Shown here: one piece after another, positions 9,847 to 18,276 of the stretch
Layout of the letters: every line of letters starts with the position of its first letter
Numbering within the stretch: the first letter of the stretch is position 1
Assembly: GCA_045613315.1 (NCBI GenBank)
Contig: JAZLAV010000008.1
Coordinates: 84,828-148,827 of the forward strand
Direction of reading: 5' to 3'
DNA length: 64,000 nucleotides
Source: Candidatus Enterousia sp.
GTDB taxonomy: Bacteria; Pseudomonadota; Alphaproteobacteria; Rs-D84
The notes under the pieces: generated by a model
Told to the model about the DNA's origin: nothing
What the model saw: only the letters and a program-made list of their open reading frames with translations
The model's database searches: none
Translations under genes and position numbers: made by a program

Positions 9847-10526
9847 TACTTTACCAATATACGCGTGTTGTCGCGCATATCGATAACCCTTAGTTCACGG
9901 TTTAATATGTTTTGATTTTCATTTAACGAAATTAACTGGTGCACGGCGGCAACCGGGTTCGATTCAGGCAACATAACGACCGTTCCCGCGGTTGTAATTA
10001 TGTTCCAACGGCGATTTTCAATCCATTCAATATAGTCAATCGTGTTCGCCAATGATTTTGTCGCGTCGGTTATTTCCGATATGTCGTTCGGCAATTCGCC
10101 ACGGAAAACAATTGCCCCGTCATCACGTGTTTCCGATGGTATGTCAACACGTGTCCCGTCCGCAGAAAGGGGAAAATATGCCGTTCCATCGTTCCACTGG
10201 GCCACGGTGTGGTAAAATTCCACGTGAATACTTAACGTGCCATTGGCCAAACGGCGCGTCGCCACATTTCGAACCCCGGGAACCGCACGTATGCGATTGT
10301 TCAATGATTCCAGATTAAGCGCCCCAGTTCGCGTCCCCAGACCCGATGACGCAACCGTTTTAATTGCACCCAAATCCGCATTTGGCGAATCTGACACAAT
10401 TGAAATGTTGTGAATTATTGACCCGCGCCCATATCCCATACCGTTCATAATAATCCGGGTTGCAAAATATACGCCCAAAATAATGGCGATGATAAAATAT
10501 ACCCAAAACACAATTGAACGTTTCAT
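9846..10526 (-). CDS. ftsQ: Cell division protein FtsQ (single TM plus POTRA-like domain)
   Basis: N-terminal TM helix VFWVYFIIAIILGVYF. Size and position immediately upstream of the ftsA-like gene also fit FtsQ. Confidence 0.7.
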   Translation of the reverse strand: MKRSIVFWVYFIIAIILGVYFATRIIMNGMGYGRGSIIHNISIVSDSPNADLGAIKTVASSGLGTRTGALNLESLNNRIRAVPGVRNVATRRLANGTLSIHVEFYHTVAQWNDGTAYFPLSADGTRVDIPSETRDDGAIVFRGELPNDISEITDATKSLANTIDYIEWIENRRWNIITTAGTVVMLPESNPVAAVHQLISLNENQNILNRELRVIDMRDNTRILVK

Positions 10527-10564
10527 GTGGGTAATTATATCACAAATTTATTCCATTACAAAAA

Positions 10565-10945
10565 TTATATCGCACGCAATAAATATCCGCGCCGAAACAT
10601 ACATTTTCGATAACTGCCCACGGATTTAGAAGTGGCATTTCGTGGTACGGACATAAGCGACCGTTGTCCAACATCACGATATTCGTTGGATTGAAATGTG
10701 ACCCACAGGCCGTCCCAATCCGGCATCATACCGCTTTGATTCGGGGCAAGCAGTTTTGCAATACGCGACCGCGGTTTATAATTATTGTCTTTCAGCCCCA
10801 GGCACGCCTTGTGATCGCGGACGAATTGTTCAGTGGTGACGGCTTCGTTTTCCCAGTTCAAAATGGTGGCATTATCAATATTGCCGCCATTAACCGATGC
10901 ACATGCGCCAAGTAATAATAACAAACTTAATATTTTCATTCTCAT
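10565..10945 (-). CDS. Hypothetical lipoprotein
   Basis: Signal peptide with lipobox LLGAC. No recognisable domain. Confidence 0.6.
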   Translation of the reverse strand: MRMKILSLLLLLGACASVNGGNIDNATILNWENEAVTTEQFVRDHKACLGLKDNNYKPRSRIAKLLAPNQSGMMPDWDGLWVTFQSNEYRDVGQRSLMSVPRNATSKSVGSYRKCMFRRGYLLRAI

Positions 10946-11021
10946 AATTCTTATTATAATTTAATTGCGTTCGGGGGGCAATAGTTTTTATAATACAGAA
11001 AACAGGGAAAGGATTTTTCAT

Positions 11022-11345
11022 ATGGCACTGTCGGTTCAACAGTTTATAAAACTGGCAAATTATTATAATCAGACAACATTGCTGATGTCTGCAATCTGTG
11101 TGCAAAAGGGCGGGATTCCAATGGAAAACTATGCCGGGCGTATGTTTGCGGCGGACGTGTTGGAATATATTGTGGAATATGCCAAACGGTTGATGGCAAC
11201 CGGGGTGCCGATACCGGCGGATGTTGCACGGGCGATGAAACAATTTGATGTGCAATACAATCGGGTAAAGCATTTGGTGACACCAACACAAAAACCAATA
11301 TATGAAATGTCGTTGGCTGAATTTGAAAAGTTTATGAATATCTGA
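11022..11345 (+). CDS. Hypothetical cytoplasmic protein (107 aa), first gene of the 11.0-16.0 kb cluster
   Basis: ORF 10965..11345. The first ATG is at 11022. It has no signal peptide and ends 20 nt before the next gene. Confidence 0.5.
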   Translation: MALSVQQFIKLANYYNQTTLLMSAICVQKGGIPMENYAGRMFAADVLEYIVEYAKRLMATGVPIPADVARAMKQFDVQYNRVKHLVTPTQKPIYEMSLAEFEKFMNI

Positions 11346-11365
11346 AAACAACAAGGGGAAAATGG

Positions 11366-12709
11366 ATGAAAAAACATATTCGTGATTTTATAAATCGTGG
11401 AATTGCGGTTTTGTGCGTTTTTGGATTGGTCGCGTGCCAAAATCAAAACGAAATTGCCGAACCGGAATATGACAACATCACGGTGATTGACAATTTGGTC
11501 ATAGATGAAAATTCTGTGCCAATATTCCCAAAGAAGGCAGCATTGACCACCGATACGGCACGGCGTTTTTCAATTGAATTGCCAAAACGGTGCAGTGTTG
11601 ATTGGAACAACCAAAGCGTTGTGTCCGTTGTTCCCGAAGAAAGAATAGAAGTAGTACGTTTGGATGTTGGTGATAAATTGCCTGAATTACAGGTTTCTGA
11701 TTACGAATTCCAAAAATTAACCGTGCGTGCGGCGTTGGAAAAGTTGTTGGACGGGACAGATATTTCTGTCGAAGAAGATGGCGAATTGATTGAAAAAATA
11801 TCGGGAACAATTACATCGGGTGCACTGTCCGACGCGGTGGAATTAATGGCGAAAATGGGACGTGCATATTATTCTTTTGATGAAGACGAGGGTGTGATTC
11901 ATTTAACAAGTCGCGCAAAATGGTTAATTAAAATGCCGAAAAACGAAACCATAATAATGGCTTTGCTGGATGCGATGCATGGTGCAGATATGCGTAATAT
12001 GTTGGTGAATTGGCAGGATAAAACCATCGTGTTCGAAGGTAATTATCAAACGGAACGCGAAGTTGCCCAAATAATCGCCGATATCGCATCCAAGAAATAT
12101 ATGTTGGCATGGGATATCGACGTTTATCGTGTTTATCCACGCACAGATAATCCGATTATTTGGATGAATCTTTTCCCGGCGTTTGGCGATAAAAATATCA
12201 AGATGTCCATACCGGGGGTTGTGGGGCGTGCGCTGGTTGTGGGACCTGAAATCAACACAAAAACATTACAGGAATTTATGTATCAACAGGCCAATGTTGT
12301 GTTGATATCCCAGGGAACATTTGCAATTCCGAACGGATGGCAATCACGGTTTGATATTGGCCAGTGTGGCAAAGAAGAACGTTTGGAAACCGATTTAACA
12401 ATCGGTGCATCTGCCAAATACGGTGATTATGCGGGACTTAACAAGATAGATGCCAAAATCGTGTTAAGAACCAGCCAGGGCGAATTGTCGTCGTTCACAA
12501 TTCCATCCAGTGTTGGGGATAACTATGTGATTGTTGGTATTCCGACGCATTCGTTTGTGACAACGCCGGAAACACTGATAAGTCCATTTGCAGAATTGGT
12601 TGTGTTTATGTCGCCACGTCTTATATCCATTGTTGACCCCGCACCGGTTAAAACAACGGATACGGGGGCATTGGTTGGTGATGCGTTGCGTGCGTTTTTA
12701 AGTGAATAA
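11366..12709 (+). CDS. Lipoprotein with secretin-like C-terminal domain (tentative liposecretin)
   Basis: Lipobox GLVAC. N-terminal region resembles an STN/N0 domain (VRAALEKLLDGTDISV). C-terminal blocks resemble secretin PF00263: ANVVLISQGTFAIPNG..., GDNYVIVGIP, and ELVVFMSPRLI. The stop overlaps the lolC ATG (TAATG). Confidence 0.45.
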   Translation: MKKHIRDFINRGIAVLCVFGLVACQNQNEIAEPEYDNITVIDNLVIDENSVPIFPKKAALTTDTARRFSIELPKRCSVDWNNQSVVSVVPEERIEVVRLDVGDKLPELQVSDYEFQKLTVRAALEKLLDGTDISVEEDGELIEKISGTITSGALSDAVELMAKMGRAYYSFDEDEGVIHLTSRAKWLIKMPKNETIIMALLDAMHGADMRNMLVNWQDKTIVFEGNYQTEREVAQIIADIASKKYMLAWDIDVYRVYPRTDNPIIWMNLFPAFGDKNIKMSIPGVVGRALVVGPEINTKTLQEFMYQQANVVLISQGTFAIPNGWQSRFDIGQCGKEERLETDLTIGASAKYGDYAGLNKIDAKIVLRTSQGELSSFTIPSSVGDNYVIVGIPTHSFVTTPETLISPFAELVVFMSPRLISIVDPAPVKTTDTGALVGDALRAFLSE

Positions 12710-13974
12710 TGGGTGAAGATATGTTTTCAAAACTGGAAAGAAAAATAGCGTTTCGTTATTTGTCAATGAAAAAGCGCGGGTTCGGTTCCGTGGTGTCGTG
12801 GGTGTCGCTTATCGGTATTACGTTGGGGGTTGCGACACTTATTGTTGTTATGTCCGTGATGGGCGGGTTTCACGATACGCTTCTTTCGCGCATTGTGGGG
12901 ATGAACGGTCATGTCGTTGTTTATTACCAGGATGGCGCAATCAAGGATTACGATTTCTTGATTGAAAAAATGAATCAAAATAAAATCGTAAACACACATA
13001 CCACTGCGATTGTTCCCATCGCCGAAGGCCAGGTTATGGCCACCGCAAATGGAAACAATACCGGCGCGATGATTCGCGGTATTCGTATGTCTGATTTGGC
13101 GGCCAAAACCGCGACCGGCACACGCATTTATGGGAAACCGTTGGAAGCAATTACGGACGGCGAGTTGGTCGCAGGCGCGTCGTTGACACGGGCGTTGAAT
13201 GTGACAATGGGGGATAGCATTTCGTTGGTGTCCGCCAATGGTGCAACACCAACACCGTTTGGAACAATGCCACGTATTATGGCGTATCCGGTTATGTCGT
13301 CGTTTTTTATGGGTATGTATGAATATGACAGTGGATATATCTTTATGCCATTGGAAACCGCGCAGAAATATTTAAATATTGGTGATGCGGTGACGCATAT
13401 CGATTTGTTCTTGAAAAATCCAGATGATACAACACGTGTTTTGGATGCGTTGGTGCGTCTGTTGCCGGATGGATTTGTGGTGCGCGATTGGCGCGATTTA
13501 AACCGCGGGTTTGTCGGTGCATTACAGGTTGAATCAAATGTTATGTTTTTAATTTTGATGTTAGTTGTGATTGTTGCGGCATTTAATATTGTGTCGTCTT
13601 TGGTTATGTTGGTCAAAGATAAAAATAAAGATATTGCGGTGTTGCGAACATTCGGTGTGTCACGTAAATCTATGATGAAAATATTTATTTTGTCTGGCAC
13701 CAGTATCGGTGTTATTGGTGCGTTTTTTGGAATGATTATCGGTGTTTTGGTTGCGATTTATATCGAACCAATACGTCAGTTCTTTCAATGGGCGACAGGG
13801 CGCGATTTGTTTCCGTCGGAACTGTATTATTTGTCTGAATTGCCGTCCAAGTTAGTGCCGGGCCAGGTAATTGGAATTGGCGTTTTGGCGATTGCGTTGG
13901 CGTTTTTGGCAACGTTGTATCCCGCGTGGAAAGCGGCAAACACAGACCCAGTTGAAGTTTTAAGAAATGAATAG
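12709..13974 (+). CDS. lolC: LolC/LolE-family lipoprotein-releasing ABC permease (FtsX/MacB type)
   Basis: N-terminus FRYLSMKKRGFGSVVSWVSLIGITLGVATLIVVMSVMGGF. It has a large periplasmic domain and a C-terminal FtsX-like three-TM bundle. Confidence 0.8.
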   Translation: MGEDMFSKLERKIAFRYLSMKKRGFGSVVSWVSLIGITLGVATLIVVMSVMGGFHDTLLSRIVGMNGHVVVYYQDGAIKDYDFLIEKMNQNKIVNTHTTAIVPIAEGQVMATANGNNTGAMIRGIRMSDLAAKTATGTRIYGKPLEAITDGELVAGASLTRALNVTMGDSISLVSANGATPTPFGTMPRIMAYPVMSSFFMGMYEYDSGYIFMPLETAQKYLNIGDAVTHIDLFLKNPDDTTRVLDALVRLLPDGFVVRDWRDLNRGFVGALQVESNVMFLILMLVVIVAAFNIVSSLVMLVKDKNKDIAVLRTFGVSRKSMMKIFILSGTSIGVIGAFFGMIIGVLVAIYIEPIRQFFQWATGRDLFPSELYYLSELPSKLVPGQVIGIGVLAIALAFLATLYPAWKAANTDPVEVLRNE

Positions 13975-13982
13975 GTGATATT

Positions 13983-14693
13983 ATGGCAGGAATTTTGAAT
14001 TCTTTATCACGGGTAAGGCGCGGCGATGTGGTTATGTCTGTGCGCGATATTAAAAAGACATTTGTTGAAGGTGGTCAACCGTTGCATATTCTGCGTGGCG
14101 GTGGGTTCGATTTGCATCGCGGTGAAATTATCGCACTGGTTGGACCGTCGGGGGCCGGTAAATCAACATTGTTGCAGTGTGTTGGTTTGTTGGATAAACC
14201 CACATCCGGCAGTATTATTATTTCGGGAACGCCTGTCCAGAAAATGACCGAAGACGCACGCACAACAATTCGTCGTAAAAAAATTGGTTTTGTGTATCAA
14301 CGACATAATTTGTTGTCTGATTTTACGGCGGTTGAAAATGTTGTGTTGCCAATGTTGGCAAATGGAATCGCCGAAGATGTCGCCAATGCGCGTGCGATGA
14401 AATTGTTGCGTGCGGCGGGGGTTGCACATCGCGCGGAACATGTACCCGGTGAAATGTCCGGCGGGGAACAACAACGCACCGCGGTTGCACGCGCATTGGC
14501 AAATGAACCGGAGATATTGTTGGCGGACGAACCAACCGGCAGTTTGGATCCCGCACACGCCACGGCGGTTTTTGAACAATTGTTGGCGTTGGTGCGAAAA
14601 AATAATATGGCGATGCTTTTTGTGACACATGATATGGGGTTGGCAGATCGCGCAGATCGAAAAATTACCATTGCAAATGGAATCGTAAAGTAG
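13983..14693 (+). CDS. lolD: Lipoprotein-releasing system ATP-binding protein LolD
   Basis: Walker A GPSGAGKST, YQRHNLLSDFTAVENV, signature MSGGEQQR, Walker B LLADEPTGSLD. An alternative start lies at 14034. Confidence 0.85.
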   Translation: MAGILNSLSRVRRGDVVMSVRDIKKTFVEGGQPLHILRGGGFDLHRGEIIALVGPSGAGKSTLLQCVGLLDKPTSGSIIISGTPVQKMTEDARTTIRRKKIGFVYQRHNLLSDFTAVENVVLPMLANGIAEDVANARAMKLLRAAGVAHRAEHVPGEMSGGEQQRTAVARALANEPEILLADEPTGSLDPAHATAVFEQLLALVRKNNMAMLFVTHDMGLADRADRKITIANGIVK

Positions 14694-14734
14694 TAAAAAT
14701 AAAACATAACACCAGAGCAGAGAGGAGAGAGAAA

Positions 14735-15310
14735 ATGAAAAAACAGACCAAGCAAACAAAACAAACAAAAATGGCAACCGCGATGAATCGTGCAGTTGTT
14801 GTTCATAGTCGTCGCCAACGTTTTTGGGGTATCATCGCGTTGCTTGGTCTGTTTTTCTGTGGGTATATGTTGGGGTTAAATATGAACCAACCAAGGGAAA
14901 ATGTTGTAAATACTGATGGGGGTGTGGCATATGTTGCGTCGGAACCCGTTTCAGAACCAGAAAATATAACTGTGTGTGATGAAGTGGAACGCTTGCTGTT
15001 GCAACGGTTGCCGGATGCCGATGATGATGCAGAAAATCGTATAGATCGTGCAAAAATTTTTGCAAGTGTTGCCGAACGTGGGTGTCCAGAAAACACAGAT
15101 AAATATGTTGATATGGCACGTGCAGAATTGGAAATAGCGCGCGCCATAGAAAACGACGAATTTGATCACGAAGAAACTATCGATGTCGTCGAAACATATA
15201 AACGACTTCATATGCAGGCCGCCGCCGAAGAGATTTTTGAGAAGGCGAAAAAATTAACCAATCCGGCCATCGATTTTATATTACAGGTTGAAAAAATTAT
15301 TAACGAATAA
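14735..15310 (+). CDS. N-terminally anchored acidic hypothetical protein with a C-x35-C helical module
   Basis: KQT x3 at the N-terminus. TM helix FWGIIALLGLFFCGYML. The exported acidic domain contains CDEVERLLLQRL...AERGC. Confidence 0.55.
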   Translation: MKKQTKQTKQTKMATAMNRAVVVHSRRQRFWGIIALLGLFFCGYMLGLNMNQPRENVVNTDGGVAYVASEPVSEPENITVCDEVERLLLQRLPDADDDAENRIDRAKIFASVAERGCPENTDKYVDMARAELEIARAIENDEFDHEETIDVVETYKRLHMQAAAEEIFEKAKKLTNPAIDFILQVEKIINE

Positions 15311-15323
15311 ATCGGGGGATAAA

Positions 15324-15995
15324 ATGAAATTGCGGTTGTTCATTTTGGGGGTGATAATGTTGGTTGTACCGGCGTTCGCGGATGACGCAACCACACAAAA
15401 ATTAACCGAACGAAAAACGTGCGCGGAAATATCGGCGGAAATGGCAACACTTTCTGCGATTGAAAACCCGGACGAAGAAACCGCGGCACAACTGAAACAA
15501 TTACAAACACAAAATCGTGCAAATTGTACGCCGCGGGCAACGGGACGGCGAACGGTGGCGCGCAATATGCCGACCGGGGTGACGCAACCAAAGCCGGCTG
15601 ATGCGACAACGGCAACATCCGATGCGTTAAGTGAATATCTGGCAAATAAAAAATCAAATTGTGATAAATTAAATTCTGAAATTGCGAAAATTGCGGCATC
15701 TGAAACCAAGGATAAAGCAGACGAATTGGCGTCAATGCGCGGGGTATATGATATGGACTGTGCGGAACGGCACGAAATGACGGAAAAGCCGGAACCAGTC
15801 CCGGTGGAAAAAGAGTTGTCGGTTGAAGAATGGGCGGCGCAGTATGATGCAAACCTGGCGGCGGGGCTGTGTGGTGACGGGGCCAAGCCAAACCGATATG
15901 GATGCTGTACCGATGAAACGTTTCGTGATATGGGTGATGGCCGGTATGCGTGCTGTCCAAAAACGGGGGGCGATTGTTTCCCGCCGATAAATTAG
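15324..15995 (+). CDS. Secreted cysteine-rich hypothetical protein
   Basis: ORF 15288..15995. The ATG at 15324 follows the SD GGGGGA. Signal peptide MKLRLFILGVIMLVVPAFA. Two C-x32-34-C helical modules and a 6-Cys C-terminal tail (GLCGDG...CCTDE...CCPKTGGDC). Confidence 0.6.
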   Translation: MKLRLFILGVIMLVVPAFADDATTQKLTERKTCAEISAEMATLSAIENPDEETAAQLKQLQTQNRANCTPRATGRRTVARNMPTGVTQPKPADATTATSDALSEYLANKKSNCDKLNSEIAKIAASETKDKADELASMRGVYDMDCAERHEMTEKPEPVPVEKELSVEEWAAQYDANLAAGLCGDGAKPNRYGCCTDETFRDMGDGRYACCPKTGGDCFPPIN

Positions 15996-16014
15996 AGCGC
16001 GGGGGAATATTCGC

Positions 16015-16042
16015 TTGATTTTCAATTAAATTAAGATATAAT
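16015..16042 (+). promoter_or_regulatory. Candidate sigma70-type promoter of the tRNA-Gly/tRNA-Tyr unit
   Basis: TTGATT, 16-nt spacer, TATAAT. The -10 ends 18 nt before tRNA-Gly. Confidence 0.5.
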
Positions 16043-16060
16043 TTGGGGGCTTACAAATTC

Positions 16061-16135
16061 GCGGGCATAGTACAAGGGCTAGTACGCAAGCCTTCCAAGC
16101 TTGATGTGCGGGTTCGAGTCCCGCTGCCCGCACCA
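16061..16135 (+). tRNA. tRNA-Gly (anticodon UCC), CCA encoded
   Basis: Full cloverleaf: acceptor GCGGGCA/TGCCCGC, anticodon loop CTTCCAA, and T-arm GCGGG TTCGAGT CCCGC. Confidence 0.95.
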
Positions 16136-16271
16136 CGGTTTTTCGTTATCGTGCGCGATTAAGAAGAACCGGTGTCTCGGCGGTTGCTTGCGACCGACGG
16201 ACAACAAGGGCAAAAGTTTGCGGCGAAGCGAAGACGGACCTTTGCAAACTATGTCGATATATTTTAGTTCT

Positions 16272-16358
16272 GGGCGTGCGCCGGAGTTGGAGAGCCGGGG
16301 CAGACTGTAAATCTGTTGGCTTAAGCCTGAGGTGGTTCGAATCCACCCACTCCCACCA
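16272..16358 (+). tRNA. tRNA-Tyr (anticodon GUA), long variable arm, CCA encoded
   Basis: Anticodon loop CTGTAAA. Variable arm GGCT TA AGCC. T-arm GGTGG TTCGAAT CCACC. The acceptor stem has one C-U mismatch (positions 4:69). Confidence 0.9.
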
Positions 16359-16365
16359 AAATAAA

Positions 16366-16391
16366 AACACCCACATCTTGTGGGTGTTTTT
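16366..16391 (+). terminator. Rho-independent terminator after tRNA-Tyr
   Basis: CACCCACA TCTT GTGGGTG followed by TTTTT. Confidence 0.8.
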
Positions 16392-16406
16392 GTATAAGGT
16401 TTTTTA

Positions 16407-16520
16407 TTATATAATACGGCCAAAGACACCGCCGTCCAATGCCAATGTTAACAGTATCCACCACCATGACCACTTAACGGTTTTGGTTAATTTCAAGATA
16501 ATAAATATAAGTGTAAGCAT
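16407..16520 (-). CDS. Small hydrophobic protein, 37 aa (below the ORF-track cutoff)
   Basis: SD AAAGGAG lies 6 nt upstream of the ATG. Sequence: MLTLIFIILKLTKTVKWSWWWILLTLALDGGVFGRII. It sits downstream of the AMP-ligase terminator. Confidence 0.35.
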   Translation of the reverse strand: MLTLIFIILKLTKTVKWSWWWILLTLALDGGVFGRII

Positions 16521-16585
16521 TATGGACTCCTTTGGTTTTTATATCCGTGTTAAATTATATTGAAAATTGGGATTTTATGCAACGC

Positions 16586-16612
16586 ATAAAAAACACCCCA
16601 TTCGGGGTGTTG
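16586..16612 (-). terminator. Rho-independent terminator of the AMP-ligase gene
   Basis: ACACCCC GAAT GGGGTGT followed by TTTTT, read on the minus strand. Confidence 0.75.
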
Positions 16613-16624
16613 TGTATGTGAACC

Positions 16625-18208
16625 TTAGTTATCCTTTTGAATCGGATATTTTCCATCAATAAGGTTTTGTCGCACCATGTGGTGTTTAACTTTTTGCGTA
16701 CTGGTCGTTGGTAAATCGTCAGTCGTCATCGCAAAATGCGTCACCCATTTGTATGCGGCAACCTTTTTGTTGGCGTTGGCAACCCCGACCGCCAATTTGT
16801 CCATCGTCATATCGGGTTCCACACTGAATACCGCATATGATACGGTTTTATCTTTCAAACGATGCTCAAACACCGCGACATTTTTTACGCCGGGGATTGC
16901 CATAAATAATGCTTCAAGTTCGTCCGGATATACGTTTTTACCGGAATCCAAAACAATCACCTGCTTTTTGCGGCCGGCAAAGTGCAGTTCACCGTTTTTG
17001 TCCATCGATACCAAATCGCCCGTGTTGAAAAAACCACGTTCGTCAAATACGGTTGCGTTCACTTCTGGGTTGTTAAGATAGCCACCAAAAACCTGGTGCC
17101 CGCGAACCCACAGAACGCCGATACCGTCGGAATCTTTGTTGCGGATTTCAACCTCGTTATTTGTAGTGGGGGCGCCAAACGCAAATGGTAAACGTTTTTT
17201 TGTTCGTTTGGAAATACAGATTGGTCCAACCGTTTCGGTCATACCATAGCCCTGGATAAATGGCATACCCAAACGTTCGTAAAATGTTTCCACCTCGGGC
17301 TTGGTGGCGGCACCGCCGGCAATCAACAAACTGACCCGGCCACCGAATATTTCACGAACTGGATTTTGGACTTTTCGAACCAGAAAACCCAAACCGATTT
17401 TTTCCAATGTTTTGCCGTACTTTAATACAATACGCGCAAACCACCAAAGACGACGGGCCTTTAACTGGTCAATAATGCGGTTACGGATGATTTCAAATAA
17501 ACGCGGAACCGCCGGTATTATTTGCGGACGAAATTCCTTGAAATCCGCCAGTAATAATTTTGGGTTTATGCTGGGCTGTAATATAAGGCCCGCACCATAT
17601 TCAACCGTTGCCAAAATTTCCACAGCAAAACCAAATATGTGATACATCGGCAAAAATCCATACATATAATCGCCATCGTTTATATATTCACGCATATCCT
17701 TTAATGAATGGGCGCATTCAATAAGGTTGAAATGCGTTAACGGAACCACCTTGGGCGTGCCGGTCGAACCAGATGTAAATGACAGTGTTGCAATATCCAA
17801 TGATTCAATCGGTGCCGGTTCCAAATCAGGATTTGGTTTGCCGTCTTGTTTAGTGATTTCGTAAAATGTAAAGTTTTTGGTTTTATAGAAAAATGATTTT
17901 TCCGCACATACCAAACTACATTCTGTAATTGCCGTCATGTTGTCATATTCAAACGGGGTCAGGTTTGTGTCCAACATTAACACGCGGCCACCCAGATACC
18001 AAATCGCAAACAATGTAATCGGAAATTCGGGTATGTTGTGTGAAAGTATACCAACCACATCACCGGGTTTAACGCCGGCCGTGTGTAATGATGCCGCACG
18101 GGCGCGAACCAATTCCAAAAAAGCGGAATATGTCACGTTTTCACGCACCAAAAATAAATGGTCTGGAAATTGAGTGACTGTGTTTTCCAGGAACTTGTAC
18201 ATGTTCAT
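16625..18208 (-). CDS. AMP-dependent synthetase/ligase (acyl-CoA synthetase family)
   Basis: AMP-binding motif SFTSGSTGTPKVV, plus GYGMTE and NTGDL. Confidence 0.85.
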   Translation of the reverse strand: MNMYKFLENTVTQFPDHLFLVRENVTYSAFLELVRARAASLHTAGVKPGDVVGILSHNIPEFPITLFAIWYLGGRVLMLDTNLTPFEYDNMTAITECSLVCAEKSFFYKTKNFTFYEITKQDGKPNPDLEPAPIESLDIATLSFTSGSTGTPKVVPLTHFNLIECAHSLKDMREYINDGDYMYGFLPMYHIFGFAVEILATVEYGAGLILQPSINPKLLLADFKEFRPQIIPAVPRLFEIIRNRIIDQLKARRLWWFARIVLKYGKTLEKIGLGFLVRKVQNPVREIFGGRVSLLIAGGAATKPEVETFYERLGMPFIQGYGMTETVGPICISKRTKKRLPFAFGAPTTNNEVEIRNKDSDGIGVLWVRGHQVFGGYLNNPEVNATVFDERGFFNTGDLVSMDKNGELHFAGRKKQVIVLDSGKNVYPDELEALFMAIPGVKNVAVFEHRLKDKTVSYAVFSVEPDMTMDKLAVGVANANKKVAAYKWVTHFAMTTDDLPTTSTQKVKHHMVRQNLIDGKYPIQKDN

Positions 18209-18276
18209 TTGATAAAATCCCTTGTTTTTTATGTTTTTCTTGGGGTATTATAATACTAAACCAATGGATTTCCAAC

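Noticed and set aside
14738-14770. Tandem KQT-KQT-KQT codon repeat; considered as a slipped-strand phase-variation tract
   Set aside because: It has only three imperfect 9-nt units, in frame. That is too short and too degenerate for a convincing contingency locus.
16136-16271. 136-nt spacer between tRNA-Gly and tRNA-Tyr; checked for an embedded sRNA, a tRNA fragment or an intron
   Set aside because: There is no cloverleaf fragment, no repeat of the tRNA 3' ends, and only one modest stem (AGTTTGC...GCAAACT). The evidence is insufficient.
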